Shown here in pieces: positions 13,091-25,995 of a stretch of 64,000 nt of DNA; the first letter of the stretch is position 1; every line of letters begins with the position of its first letter. Origin of the DNA: Octopus sinensis (lineage: Eukaryota); the NCBI RefSeq assembly GCF_006345805.1, contig NC_043008.1, positions 39,246,001 to 39,310,000 on the forward strand. The letters are read 5' to 3'. Under the pieces are notes generated by a model. It did no database searches. It saw only the letters and a program-made list of their open reading frames with translations, and was not told where the DNA came from. A program made the position numbers and the translations under genes.

Positions 13091-14135
13091 ATTAAATCGC
13101 ATTAGAATTATTTTGGACTCTGATGAACATTTCCATTATTCTTATTTATAAGGCTTGCTAGGTTGGTGAGATTCATAGAGCCGAAGCTATATATAAGTAA
13201 TAGGAGCTTCAACAATCTGTGGTGTTGTATTGAGTGTCTTGAATTTGTGAAGATGATACAAAAATGCTTAATCAGGAGAATTCATGTTTCATCTTGTAAC
13301 CAGGTATTTTTTTAGCTCTTCGGCCCAGTTCTTATATTTGGAAATCGGTACCTTGAGGAATTACGGGTATTGTCTTGAATTTGTGAAAATGATACAAAAC
13401 TGTTTAATCAAGAGAATTCATGTTTCATTACGTTATAACCTTGTCACCAGGTCGTAGCAAAATAAGTAATGCAAAGGAAAACACATTAAAAAAATACATA
13501 TGCTGATATATATATATATATATATATATATCCAAATATTTTATTGAACTCGGTTATACATGGTATCAAGCGCTATTCTGCAGTAGTACTCGACTCCATA
13601 TTGCTTCACTGTCTTCTCTTCTAGCCTTTTATGAGATAATAATCTGATAAAACTGCCTTACTCAATGATGGTTGCAATTTTTTACTCATTTAATGAGTCA
13701 CGCAAATATTAATCAGTTCTCTCTCTCTTTGTGAGATATTCACACACACACACACGCACACACCCACATGACACCAAATAAAATCCGCAGATTAAAATAA
13801 ATCAATACCGTTTATTAATCTCTATAAAGAAACATTTATAGGAAACATATAGAGATTACAGCTAATACAAATATATTCGAATGGTATATATACAGATTCA
13901 CAAAGTACAATCTAGCACACACATACATGCACACGTATATACATTCATACTCACACAGATATATACATACGCACACGCACACACACACACACACATACAC
14001 ACACACATATATATATATATATACATATTTGTATAAATGGGTTTATATATATATGCATAAATGTTTGTGTGTATAGATGTGCGTGGTATATCTATCTGTC
14101 TGTCTATCTATATCTATCTATCTATCTATCAATCA

Positions 14136-14170
<35 letters not shown>

Positions 14171-14329
14171 AATCTATCTATCTATCTCTCTATATATATA
14201 AATATATAAATATATATACATATATATACCTGCATACATACCTACATATATACATACATATACGTATAAATATGTGTGTGTGTATATGTATGAGTGTATA
14301 TGTATATATATATGTATGTATATTACTTT

Positions 14330-14500
14330 ACAACCGATGTTGGTGTGTTTACGTCAACATAAATTAGCGGTTCGGTGAAAGAGCCCGATAGAACAATTAC
14401 CATGTTTACAAAGAATAAGACCTGGGATCGATTTGTTCGATTAAATGCGGTGGTCCAGCATGGCCACAGTCAAAAGACTGAAAGAAGTAAAATGATAAAA
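14330..14500 (+). mobile_element. SINE family B 3' half
   Basis: ACAACCGATGTTGGTGTGTTTACGTC...CCAGCATGGCCACAGTCAAA. Confidence 0.8.
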
Positions 14501-14509
14501 TAATATATA

Positions 14510-14620
14510 TCTTATACATAAATGGCAATATCTGTCTGTCTATCTGTTACCATCCTGCTTCCTACACCAATCTTGTCGTAACTTTGCATACATGTTAAAC
14601 TAGCATCCAAGAGAATTATA
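14510..14620 (+). mobile_element. Possible degenerate Helitron 5' end
   Basis: TCTTATACATAAATGGCAATATCTGTCTGTC resembles the 5' end of the two Helitrons; no matching 3' hairpin-CTAG was found. Confidence 0.3.
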
Positions 14621-15620
14621 TGCTAATTGGATTTCAATAAAAATCTATAATGGGTCCCCTAGAATGTAGGGCGCTTTCCCAGTATTAGCGATCAACTCAT
14701 TTATTTTATTCGATTGAGATATTATTTGATAAAATGTGTAGGGTGTAAGTGTGTTTGTGTGAGGTGAAATCGGGTTGCAGAGTGAGTATGACTGATATCA
14801 GGAAAACGGAGAACAAAGTTGTGTAAGCGACAGATATGGAGTGGCAGTGGGGTGGTAAATTCAATACAGTTATCATTCAGGGAAATACATGCGACGCTGC
14901 TTACATACTTTCGTAAATATATAGATATATGCACGTGCACGCGCGCACACAAATGCATATAAGTAAATTTTAACACGAAACGTGGGTGTGAAGAATACGT
15001 AGGTTGGAGGAGAGTGAGAGGGGGTAAGTTGACAAAATTGTTCACAGGTGGCCTGTTCTTTGCAAAGAAACACTTTCACACACACTCACATACATACTTA
15101 TATATATATATATATATATATTTATATAAATACATACATATGTCTACTATACACCGTTTTATACTCGTGTTTACCTCTGTGTACGTTTGTAAATATATAT
15201 ATGTGTATGTATGTGTGTGTATGTATGTGTATGTGTATGTATGTGCGTGTGTGTATGCGTGTGTGTGACGTGTGTGTGTGACGTGCTGTGTGACGTCTGT
15301 CTCTCTTCTTTTGTAGGGTTTTGCCTGTTTTTGTCACATATTGTGAAATTTTAAAATTACGTCAAAATTTTCAAATTTGGTATATTGAAATAATTTTCCA
15401 CGGTAAATCCCATTTTGTCATTCATTTATTCCAGAAAAATTACAGAAAAACCTTACTGAGGTTTAAAGTTAAATCAATTTTACGTAATCAGAAAACAGGA
15501 TTTGGATGCTGGCATTTCCTGCTGTATATCACAAAATTAAAGCATAATCATTATGAGGAAGAATTTTTATTAAAAAAACTAAAGCAACGCATTACGACGA
15601 CTAAAGTTGTAACAACATAT

Positions 15621-16030
15621 AGGTGCAGGAGTGGCTATTTGGTAAGTAGCTTGCTTACGAACCACATGGTTCCGGCTTCAGTCCCATTGCGTGGCACCTT
15701 GGGCAAATGTCTTCTACTATAACCTCGGGCCGACCAAAGCCTTGTGAGTGGATTTGGTAGATGGAAACTGAAAGAAGCCCGTTGTATGTATATATATATA
15801 TGTATGTGTGTGTGTGTGTGTGTTTGTTCCCTCCAACATCACTTGACAATCGATGCTGGTGTGTTTACGTCCCTGTAACTTAGCGGTTCGGCAAAAGAGA
15901 CCGATAGAATAAGTACTAGGCTTACAAAAAATAAGTCCTGGGGTTGATTTGTTCGACTAAAGACGGGGCTCCAGCATGGCCACAGTCAAATGACAGAAAC
16001 AAGTAAAAGAGGAAAAGAGTAAAAGAGATA
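15621..16030 (+). mobile_element. Full-length SINE family B with central (TA)/(TG) tract
   Basis: GGAGTGGCT..TGGTAAG A box, GGCTTCAGTCCC B-like box, GGCACCTTGGGCAAATGTC, microsatellite spacer, tail ending (GTAAAAGA)n. Confidence 0.92.
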
Positions 16031-16321
16031 CGCAAACACTCATATAAATGCAGTTGGATATTTCTCTGTGCCTCTGTGATATAGATGAGTTATTTTTAAG
16101 CATTATAACCTCAGAGAATATAAGAAAACACAGAAATATTGAACTATATTTAAGTCATATACATTTTTGAAAATATTTCGCAAAGTTCAAATATTGCAAA
16201 TCTTACTTGTCCGGCGTCAATTATTGATTCCTGCGTACTGAAGATTCCACACGGAGGAAACGAAATTGCTCCAGGAAAAATTTACAAAATATAGCCTGAT
16301 ATATATTAATGTATGTGTGTT

Positions 16322-16352
<31 letters not shown>

Positions 16353-16423
16353 GTATGGATACACACACATACACACACATTAATATATGGATGTGCATTT
16401 GCATGTTTCAGCGTATAAAGGTA

Positions 16424-16769
16424 TGTCTGCTTATGAGTGCTCTTGTATGTATGTATGTATTTATGTATGTATGTATGTATGTATGTATGTATGTATGTAT
16501 GTATGTATGCATGTATGTATGTATGTATGTATGTATGCTCATGAGTGCTCGTGTATGTATGTATCTATGTATGTATGTCTGCTTATGAGTGCTCTTGTAT
16601 GTATGTATGTATGTATGTATGTATGCACGCATGCATGTATGTATGTATGCATGTATGTATGCATGTATGTATGTATGTATGTATATATGTATGTATGTAT
16701 GCTTGTATGTATGTATATATGTATGTATGTATGCTTGTATGTATGTATGTATATATGTATGTATGCTTG

Positions 16770-16800
<31 letters not shown>

Positions 16801-16960
16801 ACATGCATGTATATAAGTATGCTTGTATGTATGTATATATGTATGTATGCTTGTACGTATTTATGTATGTATGTATTTATGTATGTATGTATGCATGCAT
16901 ATATGTATGTATGTTTGTATGTATGTATGTATGTTTGTATGTATGTATGTATGTATGTAT
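16424..16960. repeat. (TATG)n array with a recurring GCTTATGAGTGCTC(T/G)TG insert
   Basis: Direct reading; higher-order unit at about 16424, 16535 and 16576. Confidence 0.95.
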
Positions 16961-17466
16961 TTAGGAATATAACTTCTATATTCAAATATTTCTGTCCGGT
17001 TATTATTTTTTTCTTCTTAAATCTTCCAAATGTAACATAACAACAATATACTGTAGATTTTGATGATTCAAGTTATATCTATGCTGTTGTTTCTTTCTTT
17101 TGGTTATTTTGCTTGCAGCAGCAGAACCGACATTACTATCATCAACATCAACAACATCCTATTCATCACCACCATCACCATCGTCATCATCATTTTCGTC
17201 GTCGTCGTCGTCGTGGTTATCATCGTCACCACCATCTTCCATCCATCCATCCATAGTCGTTGCAGTTTTTCCGCTTTTTGTAATTCAAATTTGGATCTTG
17301 TTTCCACATTATTGGAAATGATTTGGTTTTATTCATAAGTCATCATTTTCCTTAATTTCAGAGTTCTTGTTATTGCTTTACTTGGTATTTATACATATAC
17401 ATCAATGTATTTATATATATTTACGCATATATATATATGTATGTATAAATATATATACATAATATA

Positions 17467-17543
<77 letters not shown>

Positions 17544-17693
17544 GTATACATGCATATATATATATATATACATTTTGAGTAATTTTTTTTTATTGTCAGT
17601 AATTGTGGTGTCAATATATATTAGTAAATGTTTAAACATTTTCTCAAAATCAGTTCAGCGACCTCACTTCTCAATCTAATTGTACAAATACGT

Positions 17694-17724
<31 letters not shown>

Positions 17725-18386
17725 AACACACACACATCCACACATCCACGGACACACACACACATAGTATATATATATCTATGTATATATCTATATGCGT
17801 GTGTATATGCACATACATGTGTTTGCAGTATATATCTATATATATAGAGAGACATATTTATATATATATATACATACATAGATATATGTATGTATTTACT
17901 TGTTAGTTTGTACGAGCAAGGACGTGCATATTCGCATACTCGCGTACAGTCATTCACTCTTATACATCTACATACGCACACACCAATAAATTATCTAAAA
18001 CCACACATACACAAATATCATGTATATTTGTTTGTTCCTTGTTTTTTTTTTAATTCTATGCTTCTTTATAGGCCCTAATTAGACAGTCATTAGCTTAATA
18101 TGAATTATTTCCATCGAAAAGGTTTTTAAGATAGATTTATCTCTAAATTTAACAATATTGGATAAAAATAAATTGTTATTTTGTTATCATCTTGCTATAA
18201 CTACATTCGTATTCAGTCATAATTAGCTTTAGATTCCTTTCGGTATATTTTCATAATATTTTAGTAATATTTAACCTCTTGATGTTGGAAATGATTTAAT
18301 CACATGGGTAAAATTCCTTTCCATTATTGTGTTATGTGATAGGTTCGATTCTGCTGTATAATGTCACGGTATCTCTGAACATATGA

Positions 18387-18790
18387 AGGCGGCGAGCTGG
18401 CAGAAACGTTAGCACGCCAGGGCGAAATGCGTAGCCGTATTTCGTCTGCCGTTACGTTGTGAGTTCACATTCCGCCGAGGTCGACTTTGCCTTTCATCCT
18501 TTCGGGGTCGATAAATTAAGTGCCAGTTACGCACAGGGGTCGGTGTCATCGACTTAATCCGTTTGTCTGTCCTTGTTTGTCCCTTCTGTGTTTAGACCCT
18601 TGTGGGTAGTAAAGAAATATTTCGTCTGCCGCTACTTCTGAGTTCAAATTCCGCCGAGGTCGACTTTGCCTTTCATCCTTTCGGGGTCGATAAATCAAGT
18701 ACCAGTTACGCACAGGGGTCGGTGTCATCGACTTAATCCGTTTGTCTGTCCTTGTTTTTCCTCTCTGTATTTAGCCTCTTGTGTGTAGTA
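18387..18790 (+). mobile_element. SINE family A followed by a headless tandem copy
   Basis: Full unit 18387-18619, then a restart at TTTCGTCTGCCG (18620) without the A box. Confidence 0.92.
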
Positions 18791-18961
18791 GCCGGGTGAA
18801 ACAGGCAGACTCACACTCTAACGTATAGACATATGCTATGCAATAAAGCTAGATAGCTGGCAAACACATACATAGACATAATCTCACTTAGAAGCATACA
18901 AGAAACTGCAAAACTTGTACACATAGACTTACATATGCATATAATTACTATTCAAAGACAA

Positions 18962-19030
18962 AACTATAGCCTCAGGCCGACCAATGCCTTGTGAGTGGAT
19001 TTGGTAGACGGAAACTGAAAGAATCCCGTC

Positions 19031-19066
<36 letters not shown>

Positions 19067-19447
19067 CGCGTGTGTATCTTTGGTGATTTTCTTTCTCCGT
19101 CTTCCCTTCCTTCGACCTTTCTGTTTTCTATATTTCTGACGAAGAACTCCGCTCGAAACGCTAAATCCAATAACACTATACTTATTCCACGTCCTCACGT
19201 TGTTGTGTTTTCATGTTTGGATTAACTATATATATATATGCATATATATGCATGTGTGTATATGTTTGTGTGTGGTGTGTGTGTGTCCCCAACATCGCTT
19301 GACAACCATTTCGGCAAAAGAGACCGATAGAATAAGTACTAGGCTTGAAAAGAATAAGTTCTGTGGTCGACTTACTCGACTAAAGGCAGTGCTCCAGCAT
19401 GGCCACTGTGGAAATGACTGAAACAAGCAAAAGAGTAAAAGAGTAAG
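18962..19447 (+). mobile_element. 5'-truncated SINE family B with an insertion in its central (TA)n
   Basis: Family-B mid segment 18962-19031, a foreign ~160-bp insert, then the family-B tail 19270-19447. Confidence 0.85.
19133..19165 (+). ncRNA. Degenerate minimal type-I hammerhead ribozyme
   Basis: TTT-CTGACGA-a-GAAC tcc GCTC-GAAA-C-G-C-T-AAA: core present, with one stem-II mismatch and U16.1 changed to C. Confidence 0.55.
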
Positions 19448-20740
19448 TGAGCTGGTATCTCTCTAGCATTGACGAAAAACAGGGAAAATCCCTCTTATAT
19501 CGAAATTGTAGTGAGAATCGAAGTGATCTCAGAGACCAAGATAGCACTGTCAACAAATCCAGCTGCAACCAAATAACACTCTTTGTTATGATAGGAATAA
19601 GGGCTGAAAATTGTCGGAAGAAATTTAGCATCCAGCCCCTGTAATGGCATCCCGTGTAATGGCATCACCTTCGCTGCCGTTCATATATATAGGAACAACA
19701 TCTGGATACAAGAAGATAGCTTGTGCTTCGATATGTCACAATTTCCAGAATAACGCTACTGAATCGCCCCGATTTTGACAGTCTACAAAATATATACACC
19801 TAACATATATATACTCATCGAAAATGAGCGCTAGTGCAGCCGTTTCTGAAATTCACGTCTCAATGGCCGCTGCCACATTCATGTCGAGTGACTTGAGATC
19901 ATTGCTTCAAAGCTGACCCCAGGCCAAGCATATTCATACACTAAGCTCTCAGCTCAGTCATGTGTTGCCAAGAAGGAAAAGGTGGGATCATTAACCTTGA
20001 TCTCCGAGATGTCCGGTCATTCGGGATCGCTCATCGAATACGATTTCTCCTGATTTTCTTATTTTACCTGTACTTACCACAATAAAAAGCTGGCTTGTAA
20101 TTTTATCAATCGTCTCAGTTGAGTTTGCATTTCCACACCATCGTAATGTTAATGCTTATCTGTTACCTACGTCTTTCTTGCGTGCATAATCGCCAACAGG
20201 TCAGGGAATCTCTAGAGTTACAGACCACTTACTACTGCATACTATAATGGTATATTTTTCAGTATTTCGTAATGTGAAGCACACACATACATACACAACA
20301 CATACACACGTACGTACACAGATATACACATATGCACATGTATGTCTATGTATGGATGTATTTATTTATATATATGTACACACAAATATATATTTGTGTG
20401 TGTGTGTGTATTTGTGAATGCAAGTGTGTTGATCGTAAGATTGTAGTTTCTCTACCTAGATCGGACGTTGCGTCGTGTTCTTCCTAGACCGGGTGATGTG
20501 TTGTCTTCATTGCACATTGCTCCAACAAGCAAACAAGTGTTGAATAATACTTCGAGAGGCCTGTGTCCCGCTCTGGATGTGGAGTTGGGGGAATATAAGC
20601 GCCATAAATCCGGTTATCCGGTCTTACGAGCGTATGGCTCGTGAAAGACCTTTATTTTGGTGGTACTCCAGCAAGACCACAGGTGCATGACTGAAACCAC
20701 TAAAAGAACAAAAGAATATGTATATGTATGTATATGTATA

Positions 20741-20799
<59 letters not shown>

Positions 20800-20801
<2 letters not shown>

Positions 20802-21525
20802 TATTTCTACTAAGTTCAGTATGTGGCAAAGTAATTTATTTTACTAAGCCCTAATTATATAATGTAATATTTTGAATTCGCCTTAAATGGTCCTTTTACA
20901 TACTGAACACTTGGTGAAATTGATTAATTAATTAATTTTACCCTCAATTGTTGATATTATAATCATTTCTCTCGGTCATACTGCCTCGGTTCTCGCGGTT
21001 AAAATATAATGTTTGCTAGATAGACACGTGGGGTGGAATGGGGAGTGCAGAATTTTACGCCTGCGCATTTTGAATTTGTTGACACTGTTTAGTTGGAGTG
21101 GTTCATCTGAAGCGACAAGTTCGCTGATAGGTAAAGTTCCTTCTTTTAGTGTTTCCAAATCCAAATTAAGAAATTTTGAGCTGACGAAAGAAATGCTGAT
21201 TTTATTTGGCTAATCTTGAAACGTTGACGTACTCAAACGATCTATGTACTTGTGATATTTTTCTGTATTTACCCCCAAACCTTCGTGAGCTGTCTGGAGT
21301 AAACATTATCTGAGAGAAATTTTCTTTAAGTAGTAGAAATGCTAAGAAAATTTTTTTTGACTGCTATTTCTACTAAGTTCAGTATGTGGCAAAGTAATTT
21401 ATTTTACTAAGCCCTAATTATATAATGTAATATTTTGAAATTCGCCTTAAATGGTCCTTTTACATACTGAACACTTGGTGAAATTGATTAATTAATTAAT
21501 TTTACCCTCAATTGTTGATATTATA
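20800..21525 (+). mobile_element. Retrozyme/Penelope-pLTR-like non-coding element: 563-bp unit with 162-bp terminal direct repeats
   Basis: 20800-20961 equals 21363-21525 except for a 1-nt indel; flanked on both sides by (TA)n; no ORF; contains an intact hammerhead at 21175-21237. Confidence 0.8.
21175..21237 (+). ncRNA. Canonical type-I hammerhead ribozyme
   Basis: Stem I TTTGAG/CTCAAA; core CTGACGA; stem II AAGA/TCTT with a 22-nt loop; GAAA; stem III ACGT-tg-ACGT; cleavage triplet GTA (cut predicted after A21231). Confidence 0.88.
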
Positions 21526-21536
21526 TATATATGTAA

Positions 21537-21879
21537 GGGGGTAAAGACCCCCTTCGGTCATGAATGACCATGGGATTGCACCTAGAAAGTTACCCTCCTA
21601 GACACAAGTCTGGGCAAGGTTGTTTATGGAAGACCAGCAGTCGCCCATGCATACCGGCCTCCCCTCTCCACGCCACCAGTGTTATCCAAGGGAAAGGCAA
21701 GGGCCGATACAGCTTGGCACCAGTGACGTCGCAACTCATTTCTACAGCTGAGTGAACTGGAGCAACGTGAAATAAAGTGTCTTGCTCAAGAACACAACCC
21801 GCAGCCCGGTCCGGGATTCGAGCTCACAACCTCACAATCGTAAGCTCGACGCTCTAACCACTGAGCCATGCGCCTTCAC
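21537..21879 (-). mobile_element. tRNA-derived SINE, family D' (long tail)
   Basis: Minus-strand head GTGAAGGCGCATGGCTCAGTGGTTAGAGCG...GAGCTCGAATCCC and central CTTGAGCAAGACACTT...CACTCAGCTGTAGAAATGAGT; 15-bp duplication of its own 5' end at 21880-21894. Confidence 0.92.
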
Positions 21880-21927
21880 ACTGAGCCATGCGCCATGTAT
21901 GTATAATATATATATATATATATATAG

Positions 21928-22050
<123 letters not shown>

Positions 22051-22181
22051 GATTTAAGTAATTGAGATTCAAGTGAGTTCTAATGAATTCACATGAATAT
22101 GGTCCTTAACTAGGATGCACCGGAAATCCATATGGTGTTAACCATACGACAAAGTGGGGTGATTACAAATAGAAAAAAACA

Positions 22182-22256
22182 ACAAGAATGGATCAATATA
22201 TCGGTACAATTGTCCTCGTACGAACCAATTGTACCGATATATTGATCCATTCTTGT
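22182..22256. repeat. Perfect 31-bp inverted repeat with 13-nt spacer
   Basis: ACAAGAATGGATCAATATATCGGTACAATTG (22182-22212) is the reverse complement of 22226-22256. Confidence 0.97.
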
Positions 22257-22271
22257 GCTTTTTTCCTATAT

Positions 22272-22320
<49 letters not shown>

Positions 22321-22619
22321 CCATACTACTATCTATATATATATATATATTTATAGATAGATAGATAGATAGATATATAGATAAATATATATAGATATAT
22401 ATATGTGTGTGTGTGTGCTTATATGTATATAATCCAAATAACGAGAGAACAAAGATAATTCATTAATACATCTTTAACGAATCGCTAGAATTGTTTCTGT
22501 ACCAATTCTATTTGTAACATCAATTTACGCAAAAATGCGAAGGGAAAACTTTGTGGTTGTAGACATTCGAAAGGCACTTCATCAGACTTGCGGGGTGGGG
22601 AGGATCAAGCGGAAGGATA

Positions 22620-22717
22620 CGAAGAAGAAGAAGAAGAAGAAGAAGAAGAAGAAGAAGAAGAAGAAGAAGAAGAAGAAGAAGAAGAAGAAGAAGAAGAAGA
22701 AGAAGAAGAAGAAGAAG
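22620..22717. repeat. (AAG)n microsatellite
   Basis: Direct reading. Confidence 0.98.
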
Positions 22718-22728
22718 CAGCTAAATAA

Positions 22729-23050
22729 CAGGAGTGGCTGTGTGGTAGGTAGCTTGTCTACCAACCACATGGTTCCGGGTTCAGTCCCACTGCGTGGCAC
22801 CTTGGGAAAGTATCTTCTTCTATAGCCTCGGGCCGACCAAAGCCTTGTGAGTGGATTTGGTAGAAGGAAACTGAAAGAAGCCCGTCGTATATATGTATAT
22901 ATATATATGCGTGTGTGTGTTTGTGTGTCTGTGTTTGACCCCTAACATTACTTGACAACCGATGCTGGTGTGTTTATGTCCCCGTTACTTAGCGGTTCGG
23001 CAAAAAAGACCGATAGAATAAGTACTGAATAAGACCGATAGAATAAGTAG
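22729..23050 (+). mobile_element. SINE family B, 3'-truncated
   Basis: GGAGTGGCTGTGTGGTAGG...GGTTCAGTCCC; ends with a duplicated AAGACCGATAGAATAAGTA. Confidence 0.92.
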
Positions 23051-23239
23051 GGTAATATATAACAGATCAGTTTTTCTGGACGTAGGCTAATGGTCAGTCC
23101 AGTACAACGATTCCACTTATGCCGAATTTCGTTTGATGGATAACATTTTTTTTTGACTACTTTGACTACCGGACGACATTCTTCGATGAAAACGGAAAGG
23201 AAGAAAGAAACCTTTTAAAATCCTAACGTATAGACTGAG

Positions 23240-23628
23240 AATGAATGGTATGGAAGCACTCCATCGGTTACGACGATGAGGGTTCCGGTTGATCCGAATC
23301 AACGGAACAGCCTGCTCGTGAAATTAACGTGTAAGTGGCTGAGCACTCCACAGACACGTGAACCCTTAACCTAGTTCTCGGGGATATTCAGCGTGACACA
23401 GAGAATGGCAAGGCCGGCCCTTTGAAATACAGGTACAACAGAAACAAGAAGTAAGAGAAAGTTGTGGTGAAAGAGTACGGCAGGGACCACCACCATCCCT
23501 GCCGGAGCCTCGTGGAGCTTTAGGTGTTTTCGCTCAATAAACACTCACAACGCCCGGTCTGGGAATCGAAATCGCGATCCTACGACCGCGAGTCCGCTGC
23601 CCTAACCACTGGGCCATTGCGCCTCCAC
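23240..23628 (-). mobile_element. tRNA-derived SINE, family C
   Basis: Reverse complement of 26884-27272; tRNA-like head GGCCCAGTGGTTAGGGCAGCGGACTCGCGG...GATTTCGATTCC; flanked by ACTGAGAA on both sides. Confidence 0.92.
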
Positions 23629-24021
23629 TGAGAACTAATACTAGCTAGGGATACATAGATAATAAACGTATGAAGAAGAATGAGGGTGCAAATGATTAGG
23701 GTGAATATATAATGTATTCAATTTAAAAGGTTTTAAAAAATTAAAATAATCTAATCGATTAAGATTAAGGGTCTCGAATCTGTAAAAAATAAATTAAGTT
23801 AAATATTAGTTATGCAGCACGTTGCTAAATGTTTATAATGGAAGGTTATAGAAGTCGTGAGGTTAAGTCGGGATTAAGATTGAGTATATAATAGACACCA
23901 CTTGAAGGTTAAAAAATGAAAACTAAAAACTGCATAACATAAAAATAAGAATTATATAAAAATATTTATGTGTGTGTGTGTATGTGTGTATATATATATA
24001 TATATATTATATATATATATA

Positions 24022-24077
<56 letters not shown>

Positions 24078-24215
24078 AATGTGGAAAGTGTTAGAGGCAA
24101 AAGAGATTTGGAAGTTACAGAGATAACTAGGAAGCCTGATACAGGGATAGAATTTTGAATGCATATATTTGTGTGTGGTGTGTGTATGTGTGTGTGTGTG
24201 GTGTGTGTGTGTTTT

Positions 24216-24257
<42 letters not shown>

Positions 24258-25161
24258 ATATATGGGAAAGTATTAGAAGCAAAAGAGATTTAGAAGATAT
24301 AAAGAGAGATAACTAAGAAGCCTGATCCAGGGACAGAATTGTGTGTGTGTATGTGTGTGTGTATGCGTCTGTGTGTGTGAGTATGTGTGTGTAATTTAAG
24401 AAACCATATGCGTGTTAGATGTGCATTTTTGAATACTTCAGCAAAAATCTGAGTTAGGTATTGTGAATAAAAGTATCTTAGAGAAGATAATTCAGAAAAT
24501 TAAACAAACAACCGGTTGACATTTATAGAATAACAGGAATTTTTGCTATTAATTCGCTTAATAGCATTAAGAATAAACCAGTCTATAAATTCACCCAGTT
24601 TGGTATAATCTAATTTCAATCTTCGATAATTACATTTTACCAGGAATTATATTTCACTCAACGATTCCTTTATCAAAATAGCCAAGTTTTCATCATCGCT
24701 GATTCTTTTTAGCTCGTGCGTAGAGACGAATAATGCTAATTCTTATGATATTGTGATGGTAACCTAAATCTCCCAGAAATTTGTAATATATTTGAATATT
24801 TTACATTTTTTTACAAAATATTTTACAGTCAAATTTATATTTAGATAACAGTTTCCATAGTAATATGAGTAATCAAAATTTAGCAACTTTCAGAGTTATA
24901 TCTCAGTTATTTAAAGGTATATAGTTACAGTTATTACAAACTTACACTTAGATAATTTTGGAGATATCGCTTCAATTTTCGTTATAAAGGAAACCAAAGT
25001 AAATTATAGCGCGAAAATATAGGAAGAAAAATTTTGGTTATCGTGATAAATAATTTAGTAGACATTCATAATACATGGTTACCGTGAATGTATCTTCCTT
25101 CGAAACATCTGTATGAGATATGACAATTACGTATTGAAAGGTTGTGAGTAGAATTGTTTCT

Positions 25162-25521
25162 ACTGTAGGCACAAGGCCGGAAAAGTTGGAGGAGGGTATA
25201 GTCGATTACATCGACCTCATCGAGTGGTACTTATTTAATCGACCCCGAAGGGATGAAAGGTAAAGTCAACCTCGGCGGAATTTGAACACAGAACGTAACG
25301 GCAGACGAAATGTGCTAAAGAATCTGCCAGCTCACTGCCTGAGGTAGTGAGTATAATGCTAAGATTAATTGTATGCATTACATAAATATTGGTTTCAAAT
25401 TTTGGCACAAGGCCAGCAGTTTCAAGGACGGGATATGTCGATTACATCCATCCCAGTGCTCAACTGATATTTATTTTTCGACCCTAAAAAGAATAAAAGG
25501 CAAAGTCGATTTCAGCGGAAT
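25162..25521 (-). mobile_element. Two degenerate SINE family A copies
   Basis: Two matches to the family-A body (GATGAAAGG.AAAGTC.AC) on the minus strand. Confidence 0.75.
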
Positions 25522-25597
25522 AAGTGTAGAAAACATTAATAGTAAATATTTTACACGGCTTTCAACATCTAATTCCTTCCGTTGTTATTATTTTCAG

Positions 25598-25995
25598 TGA
25601 GCTGGCAGAATCGTTAGCACGCCGGGCGAAATGTTTAGCGGCATTTCGTCCGCCGCTGTGTTCTGAGTTCAAATTCCGCCGAGGTCGACTTTGCCTTTCA
25701 TTCTTTCGGGGTAGATAAATTAAGTACCAGTTATGCACTGGGGTAGATATAATCGACTTAATCCGTTTGTCTGTCCTTCCTTGTCCCCTCTGTGTTTAGC
25801 CCCATGTGGGTAGTAAAGCAATAGGTATTTCGTTTGCCGTTACGTTCTGAGTTCAAATTCCGCCGAGGTCGACTTTGCCTATCATCCTTTCGAGGTCGAT
25901 CAATTAAGTCCCAGTTACGCACTGGGGTCGATGTAATCGACTATCTCCCTCCCGCCAATTTCAGGCCTTATGGTTATAGTAGAAAAGATTATTTT
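25598..25995 (+). mobile_element. SINE family A plus a headless tandem copy with a different tail
   Basis: Full unit 25598-25822, then re-entry at GGTATTTCGT; the second unit ends in the alternative tail CAATTTCAGGCCTTATGG..AGTAGAAAAGATTATT. Confidence 0.9.

Noticed and set aside
17060-17338. Signal-peptide-like ORF start MMIQVISMLLFLSFGYFACS
   Set aside because: The hydrophobic stretch is a T-rich tract and the frame runs straight into trinucleotide repeats.
22545-22590. CTGATGA…CGAATGTC on the minus strand, and CTGATGA at 13125 and 37870
   Set aside because: No stem II or stem I pairing, or no GAAA at the right distance; not counted as hammerheads.
24083-24340. ~75-bp imperfect direct repeat separated by microsatellites
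   Set aside because: Most simply an old local duplication mediated by flanking (TG)/(TA) tracts; no further structure seen.
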